Assembly (NCBI GenBank): GCA_903946925.1
Contig: CAJAXK010000057.1
Coordinates: forward strand, 1,807-65,806
Length of the DNA stretch: 64,000 bases
Direction of reading: 5' to 3'
From: an uncultured Bacteroidales bacterium
Lineage (GTDB): Bacteria; Bacteroidota; Bacteroidia; Bacteroidales; UBA4417
Below the pieces are notes generated by a model, which made no database searches, was not told the origin of the DNA, and saw only the letters and a list, made by a program, of their open reading frames with translations. Shown piece by piece: positions 29,327-39,329 of the stretch (position 1 is its first letter; each line of letters opens with the position of its first letter). The position numbers and the translations under genes are program-made.

Positions 29327-29800
29327 TATCTAAGGTTTTTATGGGCGTGAAATAATGCCCTGTACATCAAAAGGCACAAGGTAATACTTTTTTTCGAGCT
29401 AACCGAATTTATTTTAAATTTAGCCTAAAACTATATGTGAAGAATTATATTGTACGGAGTTATAGTGCAGCAAAACAACTATTTACACCACTGCCTCGTG
29501 TTCGTAACTGAGCAGGGTTGAAAAAGTTATAAAAACAGAAAATTTGAAAGCACAAATGGTTTTCGCCAACTGTTCAGATGTACCTTTTTTGTGCCCTCGC
29601 CTAGCAGATTATTAAAAGGGTTGCCACGTTTAAAGGGAAAATAGTATCAGATAAATTGAGCCCACTCCGAAAACATAAAAATGAAGAGACATTTCTAAAC
29701 GATATGCCTAGTGTAGCACTTTGTGGTAAAAAACAGCATTTCGAGTATGACTCAAAGAGTAGATGTTTACTCTATTTATCTTTCTTCCTTAAAACCGGAT

Positions 29801-32800
29801 TTAATTTACGAACAACATTTTTGAGCTAAACACGCCTGAATGGCATTTGACTTTAATCAAATAATACCCAGCAGGGCTGTTTAGGTCGATCCTCGTTTTA
29901 TCAACTTTAATTTGATTGCAGAATATTTGCTGACCTAACAGGTTGTAGATACTCAACTCGTATCCTTGTGTGGCATCCCCCATGGTTTCAACGTAAATGG
30001 ACTTTCCTGAAACAGAGCAATGAAACATGGGTTCATCCTTATTTTCCTCTATTCCGAAAGCCCTACCGAAATGAACAGCAAACCGATCAGAATTATCAGT
30101 AGCATGCGAGGAGAAATTATAAATTGGATTTAAACGCAAATCCTGCTTGATATTCAGTTTTCTATCTTCGAGCAAAATCGAAACATCCGGATCAAAACTT
30201 TCTAACCCTTCAGCTTTTAAATTATAAATAGTTGATGAACCCGCTTTAAAACCATAATAAACAATTTTATTATTCTCGGCATAAGGCAAAGTGTTTGTTG
30301 ATAGAAAAGCTTTTTTTTGTGCTATTGAATACAATTCGGGAGCCTGATCAATACCTGCCAGAAAATAACTGTCGCACGCAAGATCAAACCCAGAGGTAGA
30401 ATTAGCATTAAACTGCACCACGGATCTCTGGTTTGTATTATTTTCTGTTGAATAAGCTGTGATCTGAAGTCTGTCGGCAATAGCGTTTTCTGATTTTTTA
30501 TACCAATTTGTTGTTACATCATGAACCCTGGTTGCCAAAGGGATTCTTATTGTATTGAAGTTTTCACTTACCCATATCATAAAACCATTCATTGCCGGGA
30601 TATTCTCATTAGGATTAACATCAAGATAAGTTCCACCGTTTTCGGACCAAACTTTACAAATTCCGGCTACGTTGCTCAGGTTCCAGGATCCATCATTCCA
30701 TTTTACAGCCGAAGGGAAAGGATTTCCCAACAAGTGCCAGCCTCGGTATTCTTGCGATGGTGTGTATGACAGATTTGCAAAATCGATATCTAGGTTGTTA
30801 AGGGAGCCGGAAAATATTTTAAGTTGATTTGTTGTGTTGTATTCAACCAAATAACCCTCTCCGGGCATAAATACGTTAATATTGTTTTCAGGCACTTTTT
30901 GGTTTAACCAAAGGGTGGTTGTCTCGTCCCATTTGAAGAAGTCGTAATTTTCGGGTGTTGGATCTATAAAAGATGGAACAATAATCTGGTTGTTTATGGG
31001 TGATGATAGAAAATGCCAGCCATCCGTTGGTCCTGTCCAGTTTTCGATGTACCTCTGAACATCAACTGAACCCAATCCAGAATAAAAAATATTTCCATTT
31101 GTAATGAGCGATGCTGATGCTCCGTGAGTTAAAGGAGATGTAAGAACAACACAATTAGGGCTGGTAAGATTAACAGGGCCGTTAACTGTTAAGGTTTTAC
31201 CAGCTTCCATCTCAAGTTTTGAAAAAGGGTTTACAAAAAGAAATCCATTCACTGTCATATCCTCAATATATGTAAGTGTACCTGATGTACTCACAGTTAG
31301 ATTTTGTAAGGTTTTGGGTGGCGTTGTTGGAAGAAAATTTGTCGTTTTTATAACAAGAGGTTCCATGCAGTTAAACTCATAATCGGTGAATGCCGAAATT
31401 GTTTTTGTACCGCTTACCTGTATATTTCCTGTTACTCCATTTACATGTCCTATTCCTAATTTCGATCCTGGAAAGGTTTGGAATGAGCCAATATTTGAAA
31501 TTACAAATGCCGATAAATTCAGGTATCCATAAACGGAAGCAGTGCCAAACAATTTCAAATTATTGTTAAGTGTAACGCCATTGCTGTTGAGAATGGTTAA
31601 ATTATTTAAATTATTTACACTTGTTGGAATTGATACCCCGGAAGAACTGCCTCCAAAACTTAGGGAGGATAAAGAAGTCGTTTGTAGTAAGGTGGGTGTG
31701 CCGCTGATAGCACTTCCGTTGAGCGAAAGTGTTACATTGTCATTGATAATAAATGATCCTTTGGAAAGTGTAAGTGTGCCATTTATAGTCCGGTCGGCAG
31801 TCAGCGATACTGAAACCGTGTTATCTGATGTAAGATTGTACGGTCCGTTAGTTATAGGAAATTCGGAAGCCGAGGTTACTTGAGCTAAACTGCCGTTGTA
31901 TAATAATGTTCCGGATGTTCCATACGAAAAAGTTTTACCGTTTAGTGTGAGTGAACCGGCAGTTAGTGTGAAAGTTCCATCAACATTTACATTTCCTGCA
32001 AACCTTATGCCACTGTTGGGTCTGTTTAATGATATATTATTAAGTGAAACAGCCGGTAAATCTATGGCAGTAAGACTTAAACCACCAATAGATAAGTTGG
32101 ATGATCCTCCTCCTGCCAAAGTTCCGGATGAAATATTTGTCGCCCCGTTGAGGGTAAGGGTATTCGCTCCAATCGAAAATTGGCCGGCACTAAAAGTAAG
32201 AGTACCATCTATTCCCCTGCTGGCATGTAAACTTACATTGTTGTCAATAAAAAGATTGTATGGTCCCGATGCGGCAGGAAATTCGCTATTGGAGGTAGAA
32301 TATGCTCCAGTATATTTTAATGTTCCCGCCGAACCATACGATAATGTTCCGCCACCGAGCGAAAATGTTCCTGCCGCCATAGTCATGGTTCCGTAAACAG
32401 TTACATTGCCGGTAAGACTTATGGTTGCACTTGAACGGTTGATAGTAAGATTGTTAAGTCCGTTTAATACAGATGGAAGGCTCGTGCTTCCGCTACCGCC
32501 AAAAAGTATATTTGAAGTATGGGTTAAATAACCGGTCAGGCTGCCCGAAGTTACAGAAATAGTTCCATTCACCGTCAGTGTGTTGTTGTCGCCTATTGAT
32601 AAAGCACCGGAATAAAGGTTCAGGTTTGTGCCAATCGTTTTGCCTGAGTTTAGTGTAACCCCGGCGGAATTGTTGATCTTCAGGTTAGGTACTGTGTTCG
32701 ATGGCCATTCGTTGTTTCCGGTTACTTGTGCCGATGTTCCCCAGTATTCAAGTATTGCCGATGATCCGTAACTTATATTCGATGTGGCAACGGTGCCTTT

Positions 32801-34039
32801 GATAATGATGAGTGAATTGTTAATCGCCGTTGAGTTGGTAAAACTCAGGTTGGTTGTATTGATTGACGACCCTATTGTAACCATACCTGATAAGGGTGTT
32901 GATAAACCATTTCCGGTTGACTGGCTTCCGCTTGCATAAAACGTATAATTTGCACCTGATGAATAGGTTCTGGTTCCAGTAACCTGAACACAGCCACTTG
33001 AGCCACTTAACGCAATCCCGTTCGCATTTGCTGTCATTAAACCTGCACCGGAGCTTAAAGTAAATGTTCCCGAAGTGTATAGAAAGTTTCCGAGTACTCC
33101 GGTTCCTATATCCAGTGTGGAATTACTGTTCACTTGGAAGTTCAGTTTGTTGGAAAGTGCATCCTGTGCGGCCGGCGATATGAAAGTTTGAATGCCATTT
33201 TTGTTAAAAACTAAAGTTGTACTGCCTGATCCACTGGGAGGTCCCCCAAGCTTCCCGCCAGTCATGTTAAAATTGCCTCCAATGTAAAGGATATCATCTG
33301 CCGAACCGTTTGATGGAAAGAAATTCCCGCCTTGCTGAATATAATCTCCATAGATATACATATTCGTATTTGTAGAAGATGACAAAGTAAGGGAAGCTGA
33401 TGACCCTGTGCTGATTATGGAAAAATTGCCATAAACAATAGGAATAGTGCTCAGATTTGGCGTTGAAGTCTGACCGGTACAATTCCATGTAAAGTTTCCG
33501 AAATTTTGATCCAGATTAGAAGGGTTACTGCCTACATAACCAGTTATTTCACAGGTTGAGTTGGTTGACCAAGAGGCATCCTCCACGGTTCCGCCATCCT
33601 GAGCGTGTTTATAAAAGGAGTTGTCATAATAGTTTATAACACCATCGGTTTTCGACAAGGTTCCTTGATTGATAATAGTGCCATAAACATACAAATAGGC
33701 TAAATTTGATGATGTATTATCAACGGATACATCCGTTAATGATCCATTGTTTATGGTGAGTATAATACCAGAATTTAATGTCAGGTATCCTTTTACATTC
33801 ACCTGATCGACAGTAACCGCGGCAGTAATGGTAACCGAATGGTCCTCAAGTATCGTAATATCTTCATCATTGTAGGTAGGAATCCAGGTGGCATTTACCC
33901 ATGTGGAACCATTGTCCATTTGCCAAGTGGAAAGCGAATTCCAGTCTCCATTCGCTTTGGTCTTAAAATCTCTGTAAGCAGCCCATGTTTGAACAAGGGC
34001 TAAAAAAAGGAAAATGACGGAAAGGAAAAATTTTTTCAT
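29801..34039 (-). CDS. giant T9SS-sorted adhesin-like protein with degenerate beta-solenoid repeats
   Basis: 1412 aa with signal peptide MKKFFLSVIFLFLALVQTWA. It has repeated ...GTLT(L/F)S.G.F.I..N.LTLNG... units. The C-terminal YELSIYNLLGQQIF...GYYLIKVKCHSGVFSSKMLFVN fits the Por secretion tail. Confidence 0.8.
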   Translation of the reverse strand: MKKFFLSVIFLFLALVQTWAAYRDFKTKANGDWNSLSTWQMDNGSTWVNATWIPTYNDEDITILEDHSVTITAAVTVDQVNVKGYLTLNSGIILTINNGSLTDVSVDNTSSNLAYLYVYGTIINQGTLSKTDGVINYYDNSFYKHAQDGGTVEDASWSTNSTCEITGYVGSNPSNLDQNFGNFTWNCTGQTSTPNLSTIPIVYGNFSIISTGSSASLTLSSSTNTNMYIYGDYIQQGGNFFPSNGSADDILYIGGNFNMTGGKLGGPPSGSGSTTLVFNKNGIQTFISPAAQDALSNKLNFQVNSNSTLDIGTGVLGNFLYTSGTFTLSSGAGLMTANANGIALSGSSGCVQVTGTRTYSSGANYTFYASGSQSTGNGLSTPLSGMVTIGSSINTTNLSFTNSTAINNSLIIIKGTVATSNISYGSSAILEYWGTSAQVTGNNEWPSNTVPNLKINNSAGVTLNSGKTIGTNLNLYSGALSIGDNNTLTVNGTISVTSGSLTGYLTHTSNILFGGSGSTSLPSVLNGLNNLTINRSSATISLTGNVTVYGTMTMAAGTFSLGGGTLSYGSAGTLKYTGAYSTSNSEFPAASGPYNLFIDNNVSLHASRGIDGTLTFSAGQFSIGANTLTLNGATNISSGTLAGGGSSNLSIGGLSLTAIDLPAVSLNNISLNRPNSGIRFAGNVNVDGTFTLTAGSLTLNGKTFSYGTSGTLLYNGSLAQVTSASEFPITNGPYNLTSDNTVSVSLTADRTINGTLTLSKGSFIINDNVTLSLNGSAISGTPTLLQTTSLSSLSFGGSSSGVSIPTSVNNLNNLTILNSNGVTLNNNLKLFGTASVYGYLNLSAFVISNIGSFQTFPGSKLGIGHVNGVTGNIQVSGTKTISAFTDYEFNCMEPLVIKTTNFLPTTPPKTLQNLTVSTSGTLTYIEDMTVNGFLFVNPFSKLEMEAGKTLTVNGPVNLTSPNCVVLTSPLTHGASASLITNGNIFYSGLGSVDVQRYIENWTGPTDGWHFLSSPINNQIIVPSFIDPTPENYDFFKWDETTTLWLNQKVPENNINVFMPGEGYLVEYNTTNQLKIFSGSLNNLDIDFANLSYTPSQEYRGWHLLGNPFPSAVKWNDGSWNLSNVAGICKVWSENGGTYLDVNPNENIPAMNGFMIWVSENFNTIRIPLATRVHDVTTNWYKKSENAIADRLQITAYSTENNTNQRSVVQFNANSTSGFDLACDSYFLAGIDQAPELYSIAQKKAFLSTNTLPYAENNKIVYYGFKAGSSTIYNLKAEGLESFDPDVSILLEDRKLNIKQDLRLNPIYNFSSHATDNSDRFAVHFGRAFGIEENKDEPMFHCSVSGKSIYVETMGDATQGYELSIYNLLGQQIFCNQIKVDKTRIDLNSPAGYYLIKVKCHSGVFSSKMLFVN

Positions 34040-34618
34040 GGCACTTTTGATTAGAAGGTTAAACTATATGTTTGTTCGACTTGTCAATTGTACACGAAGA
34101 AAAATTCAAGCAATCTCGAGTAAGGTTTCTAACAGGAGTTTATCATTGACTTTTTTTATGGATAATTCAGTATGAAAAATACGGTTAAACAGGCATGTAA
34201 ATATACACTATTTTTTTATGGAAAGCAAGGAAATTTTTTTGCGCGAATACGATATGCTGAGGTTAAACGCCCCTTCTCCAGTTTGTTACGTTTTTGATGC
34301 AACCCTTCCTACTATAAACTGCAAATTTGGTAACAGCACGAGTCGGAAGCAAAGGTTTTGTATTAGACAGATGCAAAAAGAAAACACTTATAGGAAATTA
34401 AAAATTAAAATAATAATCACGACACAATATTCAAAAGCATTTTCATCACCCGTTTAAAACTGATTTCGGATGTGTAAAAGCACACCTTATCAAATTGCAA
34501 ACTTGGAGCTTGGACTAGAAGGAAAATGATATTAAATCGGTATTGGCTATTTTTTGTTGAGGGGTTTACTTGTTTTATAAATTAATTTAAACGCAAATTG
34601 ATTACAATTTCCCGGAGT

Positions 34619-35857
34619 TTACCTTGGTTTCCGAGCGGTGTTCCCAGGCTTTTTCCCACCTTTTCTTTTTCCACCAAACCCACGTTTTTCGCTTTTACGC
34701 CTGAGGGTTGGGTTATATACAGGCGTTTCACCATACTGTTCGGGAACAGGCGATTTTTCTATTTCGCGTTCGAGCAGGTTTTCTATGGCACCAAAGCGTT
34801 GCTGGTCGCGTTCGTTTATAAATGTTACTGCCGTACCTTCGGCCGAAGCGCGGGCTGTGCGGCCAATACGGTGTATATAATCTTCACCATCGTGCGGTAC
34901 ATCGTAGTTTATCACCATGTCAATATCTTCGATATCAATGCCGCGCGAAACAATATCGGTTGCCACTAACACAGGGATATCACCGCTTTTAAAACGGATA
35001 ATCACAGTCTCGCGTGTAGTTTGTTCAAGGGTGGAATGTATTTCTTCGGCTTTGATACCTGCACGTTTAAGTTCCTGATAAACTTGCCGTGTTTTTTCTT
35101 TTGTGGAACAAAAAACCAGCACACGCTTCATTTCGGTTTCCTTCAAAAGCATTTTTATAAGCGGGATTTTTTGAGCATCGTAAACCACAAAAGCCTTTTG
35201 CACAATCTTTTCCGCCGGTTTCGACATGGCGATATTTATCTCAAAAGGATTGTGTAGGATTTGTTTTGCCAAATGCCTTATCTTGGATGGCATGGTGGCC
35301 GAAAACATCAGGTTTTGCCGTTGCTTGGGCAGGAAGGAGATAATTTTGAGTATATCTTCATGGAAACCCATATCCAGCATACGGTCAGCTTCGTCGAGGA
35401 TAAGGAATTTGAGTTCCGGGAATTTGATATATCCCATGTTTATATGCGCCATCAACCTCCCGGGCGTACAAACAATCAGGTCGGCGCCTTCGGTCAGGGC
35501 TTGTTTTTCGCGCGAAAACACGGTTCCATCCGTACCTCCATAAATGGCAATGGAGCTAACGTGGGTATAATACGAAAAACCTTCCATCTGCTGATCAATT
35601 TGTAGGGCAAGTTCGCGGGTTGGCACTATTACCATGGCTTTCACCTGGTTGTCGTGCGGCATGGCCATAAGTTTTTCGATAACCGGCAGTAAAAATGCTG
35701 CGGTTTTTCCAGTGCCGGTCTGGGCCGAAGCTATTAAATCGCGGCCTTCGAGAATTACCGGAATAGCCGATTCCTGCACGGGTGTTGCGTTTTCGTATCC
35801 TATTGCTTCTATGCCTTCCATTATCGAAGGACTGAAGCCAAATGTTGAGAAGTTCAA
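34619..35857 (-). CDS. DEAD-box ATP-dependent RNA helicase (RhlE-like)
   Basis: AQTGTGKTAAF (motif I), DEAD, SAT and HRIGRTAR motifs, plus a basic C-terminal tail. Confidence 0.92.
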   Translation of the reverse strand: MNFSTFGFSPSIMEGIEAIGYENATPVQESAIPVILEGRDLIASAQTGTGKTAAFLLPVIEKLMAMPHDNQVKAMVIVPTRELALQIDQQMEGFSYYTHVSSIAIYGGTDGTVFSREKQALTEGADLIVCTPGRLMAHINMGYIKFPELKFLILDEADRMLDMGFHEDILKIISFLPKQRQNLMFSATMPSKIRHLAKQILHNPFEINIAMSKPAEKIVQKAFVVYDAQKIPLIKMLLKETEMKRVLVFCSTKEKTRQVYQELKRAGIKAEEIHSTLEQTTRETVIIRFKSGDIPVLVATDIVSRGIDIEDIDMVINYDVPHDGEDYIHRIGRTARASAEGTAVTFINERDQQRFGAIENLLEREIEKSPVPEQYGETPVYNPTLRRKSEKRGFGGKRKGGKKPGNTARKPR

Positions 35858-35910
35858 TGTTGTTAAGTTAAATTGTTGTTTTTATGGTGAAATGAGAAGG
35901 GAGAAATTTT

Positions 35911-35941
35911 GAGGGGAGACAAGGTGAGGGGAGACAAGGTG
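35911..35941. repeat. tandem 15-mer GAGGGGAGACAAGGT x2 (purine-rich arm)
   Basis: Direct tandem copy read in the sequence. Its complement-type partner lies at 37951..38005. Confidence 0.6.
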
Positions 35942-35957
35942 TCTGTGCTAAAAGGGT

Positions 35958-36806
35958 TTAATCATCAATTTCCTTGATTTTGGATTGCATCAACGATTTT
36001 GCATTTTTTGATGTTACCACTTTTTTGCCTGTGGTGCTTTCCAATTGCACCCTGGCGGCTTTGGCAACTTCGCCACCTTTTTGTGCCACTTTTTTGTTTT
36101 CGTTGAAGGTTTTTGGTTTTTTATCTTTCGATATTTCGGTTGTGGAGGCTTCGGCTAACATGTTAAGCACCAATTCGAGGTTGGTCATGTTGTCGCGGAG
36201 GTTTTCTTTTTTCAGGTCTTTATGGTTTTTATACTCCTTTACGCTCAACCCGCTCCAGGTTTTTGTAATTTCGTCGGTAAGTATGGCAAATTCCGGACCT
36301 TTTTTAACCCCACGCGTATCCCATTCATCGGTAAGTTCTTTACGTATTTCAATACTTTTCAGCCTTTGGTTTACCCATTCCTTGCTGTAACCTTTGCGGA
36401 GATAGGTTTCCATCAAGCGGTCGAAACCCAATTCGGGATCTTCTATTTCATCTATCCGTTCACGGCCGGCTTTGGCAAGCCATGTTTTAAAAGGCTCTGC
36501 TTTTGGCGAAGGGATGGATTGGATAAGGCGGAAAAGCTGCTCGGTATCGGCGACATCGGTTTCCCTTAATTTACCATCTTCAGCCTCCATCTTCAACCGG
36601 TTACAATTTGTAACCGTTTCGTTTCCCTCTTTTAGCAATCTGCTTTTCAGCACTTTCCAATAGTTTCTGGCACCTTGATGGTTAGGTTGGTCGGTAAGTG
36701 TTTCAACCACATCAACAACAGAAAAATACCATTTTTCGGCATTATCATCCCAAACCGAACGGATTTGTTTGGTTTCAAAAAGTTTTATGGCTGTGTCCTT
36801 GTTCAT
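35958..36806 (-). CDS. Bro-N domain protein (DinD / phage antirepressor-like)
   Basis: 282 aa. The N-terminal IRSVWDDNAEKWYFSVVDVVETLT fits the Bro-N pattern. The overall architecture resembles DNA-damage-inducible protein D. Confidence 0.6.
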   Translation of the reverse strand: MNKDTAIKLFETKQIRSVWDDNAEKWYFSVVDVVETLTDQPNHQGARNYWKVLKSRLLKEGNETVTNCNRLKMEAEDGKLRETDVADTEQLFRLIQSIPSPKAEPFKTWLAKAGRERIDEIEDPELGFDRLMETYLRKGYSKEWVNQRLKSIEIRKELTDEWDTRGVKKGPEFAILTDEITKTWSGLSVKEYKNHKDLKKENLRDNMTNLELVLNMLAEASTTEISKDKKPKTFNENKKVAQKGGEVAKAARVQLESTTGKKVVTSKNAKSLMQSKIKEIDD

Positions 36807-36955
36807 AGTTGAATACAGATTTTAATGTCGGGATAAAGGCATTAAAATTAGAGTAATTGGAATTTTTTTTGCAAAAACGCAGGAGTAAGTTAGTTTCAGA
36901 TTTATGGTTTCACTAAACAATTTGGTTTTATGATATTTCCAAACCCCGAAATTAC

Positions 36956-37834
36956 TTAAAAATGCCGGATAATGCGCAAAACCTGTGCGGCATAGCTGCC
37001 ACCAAACAAATTTACATGTACCAAAAGTGGATAAAGGTTGAAAATATCTGTTCTTTTCTGCCAATCTTTTTCCAGTGGAAAGGTTTCATTATAAGCATGA
37101 TAAAACTCCGGCGAAAATCCCCCAAACAATTGCGTCATTGCAATATCGGCTTCCCGGTGCCCATAATAAACGGCAGGGTCAAAAATGCAAGGTGCGCCCA
37201 TTGCATTTACCATGAAATTACCACTCCAAAGGTCGCCATGCAACAAAGCCGGTTTTTCAATTGGAATAATACTGTTCAGCCTGTTGAAAAGCGAATCAAA
37301 ATATCGAGTATCGCCTTGGTTTAAAGCACCTTGGTTTCTGGCAATTTTTAATTGGGGTTCAAGGCGTTGTGAGATAAAGAAACTGATAAAATCGAGGTGT
37401 TGTTTATTTTCCTGAACAAGTGAACCTATATAATTGTCATGCGATAAACCAAAATTATCGGATGTATTTCGGTGTAAACCAGATAACAATGTGCCGAAAT
37501 TGTACCAAAAATCATTTTTTTGCCTTCCTGTTTCAATAAACTGGAGCAAGAGGTAAGCGTGTTTTCCTGTTTCGCTTGCACAAATTACTTCAGGGACAGA
37601 AATCGTATTTGTATCAGCCAAAATTCTTAACCCGGCAGCCTCCTTTTCGAACATTCTGGGAAATGCTCCGGTAGAATTGAACTTTACGAAATACTTTCCC
37701 GCATTGGTTTTTAAAGAATATGCTTCATTAATACAGCCACCGCCAATTGAACTGGTTTCGGTAATTTGAACCACTTTCCCTATTTGGGTACTTAACGTGT
37801 TTTCTATAGATTTTTTCAGTTCGTTTGGAAACAT
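36956..37834 (-). CDS. fructosamine/ketosamine-3-kinase family protein
   Basis: 292 aa. GGGCINEAY, LLHGDLWSGNFM and FDPAVYYGHREADIAMTQLFGGF are family motifs. Confidence 0.88.
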   Translation of the reverse strand: MFPNELKKSIENTLSTQIGKVVQITETSSIGGGCINEAYSLKTNAGKYFVKFNSTGAFPRMFEKEAAGLRILADTNTISVPEVICASETGKHAYLLLQFIETGRQKNDFWYNFGTLLSGLHRNTSDNFGLSHDNYIGSLVQENKQHLDFISFFISQRLEPQLKIARNQGALNQGDTRYFDSLFNRLNSIIPIEKPALLHGDLWSGNFMVNAMGAPCIFDPAVYYGHREADIAMTQLFGGFSPEFYHAYNETFPLEKDWQKRTDIFNLYPLLVHVNLFGGSYAAQVLRIIRHF

Positions 37835-37950
37835 TTAATAAAATCAAGTTTGGGTTTAGAGGTAAAAAAAAAATCATTTTGCCCATGTCGGCAAAATGAT
37901 TTTTTGTAAGTGTCAACAATTCAATGTCAACTTATAAATATTTTTTTGAT

Positions 37951-38005
37951 AGTCTCCTTGTCTCCTCTCTCCTTGTCACCCCCCGCCATGTCACCCCTCG
38001 CTCTC
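37951..38005. repeat. pyrimidine-rich word repeat (CTCCTTGTC / CATGTCACC words)
   Basis: agtctccttgtctcctctctccttgtcaccccccgccatgtcacccctcgctctc contains CCTTGTCTCCTCTC. That segment pairs over 14 nt (one G:T) with GAGGGGAGACAAGG at 35911. Confidence 0.55.
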
Positions 38006-38023
38006 AATAAATAATACGGAGAA

Positions 38024-38458
38024 CTAACGCTTTGCAGGATCAACCTGTGGCCGGCGGCTAATAACCTGATCGAAAACAGAAACCAATAAGATAGCAATAG
38101 AAACCGGGACAAAATAGGCATATTTGCCAAGTGCCCCAATTTTTCCAAACAATTGGCCTACAGTTACAACTGCCTCTGAAAGCAAGTTGCCGGCCATTTG
38201 GGCTGCGGAAGTTCCGGCCATCTGTACATCGAAATCAAAAACAGTCCAGGCAGGGAAAACCAGCATTAAAATTGCAATACCGGCAGCAACGGCAAGTATG
38301 CCATATTGATAGGCGATCATCCATTTCTTAACAGGTTCGGGTTGTACGAGCAGGCGATCCATGATACGCGCGGTAAAACCTTCCGATGGCTTGTCGAGCC
38401 TTGTGCGGCTAACAATGCGGCGGATGGCTTCGTCGTGGTTGTTTTTATCAGTTGTCAT
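38024..38458 (-). CDS. putative anti-sigma factor / membrane protein
   Basis: 144 aa, 36 nt downstream of the ECF sigma gene. It has a cytoplasmic N-terminus followed by TM helices. The call rests on position only. Confidence 0.5.
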   Translation of the reverse strand: MTTDKNNHDEAIRRIVSRTRLDKPSEGFTARIMDRLLVQPEPVKKWMIAYQYGILAVAAGIAILMLVFPAWTVFDFDVQMAGTSAAQMAGNLLSEAVVTVGQLFGKIGALGKYAYFVPVSIAILLVSVFDQVISRRPQVDPAKR

Positions 38459-38494
38459 GGTTCATTTTATTTCAAGGTTCAAAAGTACATTTTT

Positions 38495-39058
38495 TTAAGC
38501 TACGGTTTCAAATTTCATCTGCAATTGATCGTGAAGTTTTTTGCGGATGCGGAACAATTTCACTTTTACGTTCGAAACGCTTAAGCCTGTAATCTGGCTA
38601 ATATCGTCAATGCTGTTTTCTTTCAGATAAAAGAGAGTAACAATGGCGCTTTCGTCGGCGGGCAGGCTGTTTATGGCTTCGTTTACTAACTTCGACTGTA
38701 ATTCGGTATCAAGCGAGTCGAGGTTTTCAAAAATTTCGTCTTCGGTTGTGTCGCTCATTACCCTTTCGTCCAATTGGGTGAAATCTTGTTTTTTGCGCCT
38801 GGTGTGCGATATAGCTGCATTATAAACTATCCGGTAAAGCCAGGTGCTGAATTTCGAGTCTCCTTTAAAATACCGCAAGGATTGGTATGCTTTAATGAAG
38901 GAATCCTGTGCAATTTCTTCTGCATCCTCGCGGTTGCGGACAATTTTATTGGCAATGGTGAACGCCATATCGCTGTGCTTTTCGACCAAAAAGGCGAATG
39001 CTGCGGTATTGCCCGCAAGCACCTTTTGCACGTGAAAAATGTCGTCCTGTTCTTTCAT
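38495..39058 (-). CDS. ECF-type RNA polymerase sigma-70 family factor
   Basis: 187 aa. Region 2 reads FSTWLYRIVYNAAISHTRRKK. The region 4 HTH reads NSIDDISQITGLSVSNVKVKLFRIRKKL. Confidence 0.9.
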   Translation of the reverse strand: MKEQDDIFHVQKVLAGNTAAFAFLVEKHSDMAFTIANKIVRNREDAEEIAQDSFIKAYQSLRYFKGDSKFSTWLYRIVYNAAISHTRRKKQDFTQLDERVMSDTTEDEIFENLDSLDTELQSKLVNEAINSLPADESAIVTLFYLKENSIDDISQITGLSVSNVKVKLFRIRKKLHDQLQMKFETVA

Positions 39059-39115
39059 GTGGTAGTATGACGCCGGATGTGGGATAAGGTTACAAGGAGT
39101 AAAATTTGTTTAAGG

Positions 39116-39329
39116 GTTCAATGCTTAGCGTTCAAATGTTCAAATGTTCAAATGTTCGTTTGTTCAAATGTTCGCATGTTCAAATGTTCAAATGTTCAAA
39201 TGTTCGCTTGTTCAAATGTTCGCTTGTTCAAATGTTCAAGGTTCAATTGGCTTCGCCGTTCAAATGTTCAAATGTTCGCTTGTTCAAATGTTCAAGGTTC
39301 AATTGGCTTCGCCGTTCAAATGTTCAAAG
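39116..39329. repeat. tandem array of 21 eight-bp units (GTTCAAAT and variants) with a 56-bp higher-order duplication
   Basis: Units counted by hand from 39130. Two 16-nt inserts ttcaattggcttcgcc lie at 39242..39257 and 39298..39313. The array sits in the divergent region between the sigma gene and 39493. Confidence 0.9.

Noticed and set aside
34218-34457. 79-aa ORF in the 580-bp region upstream of the 1412-aa T9SS gene.
   Set aside because: It has no motifs or signal peptide and an AT-rich, low-complexity end. The region more likely holds the promoter or leader of 34039.
39116-39329. Possible CRISPR array. The same question applies to the other word repeats at 25.3, 35.9, 42.3, 56.7, 58.1-58.3 and 60.9 kb.
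   Set aside because: The units are 7-15 nt and directly abutting, with no 25-40-nt repeats separated by unique spacers. No cas genes are in the window.
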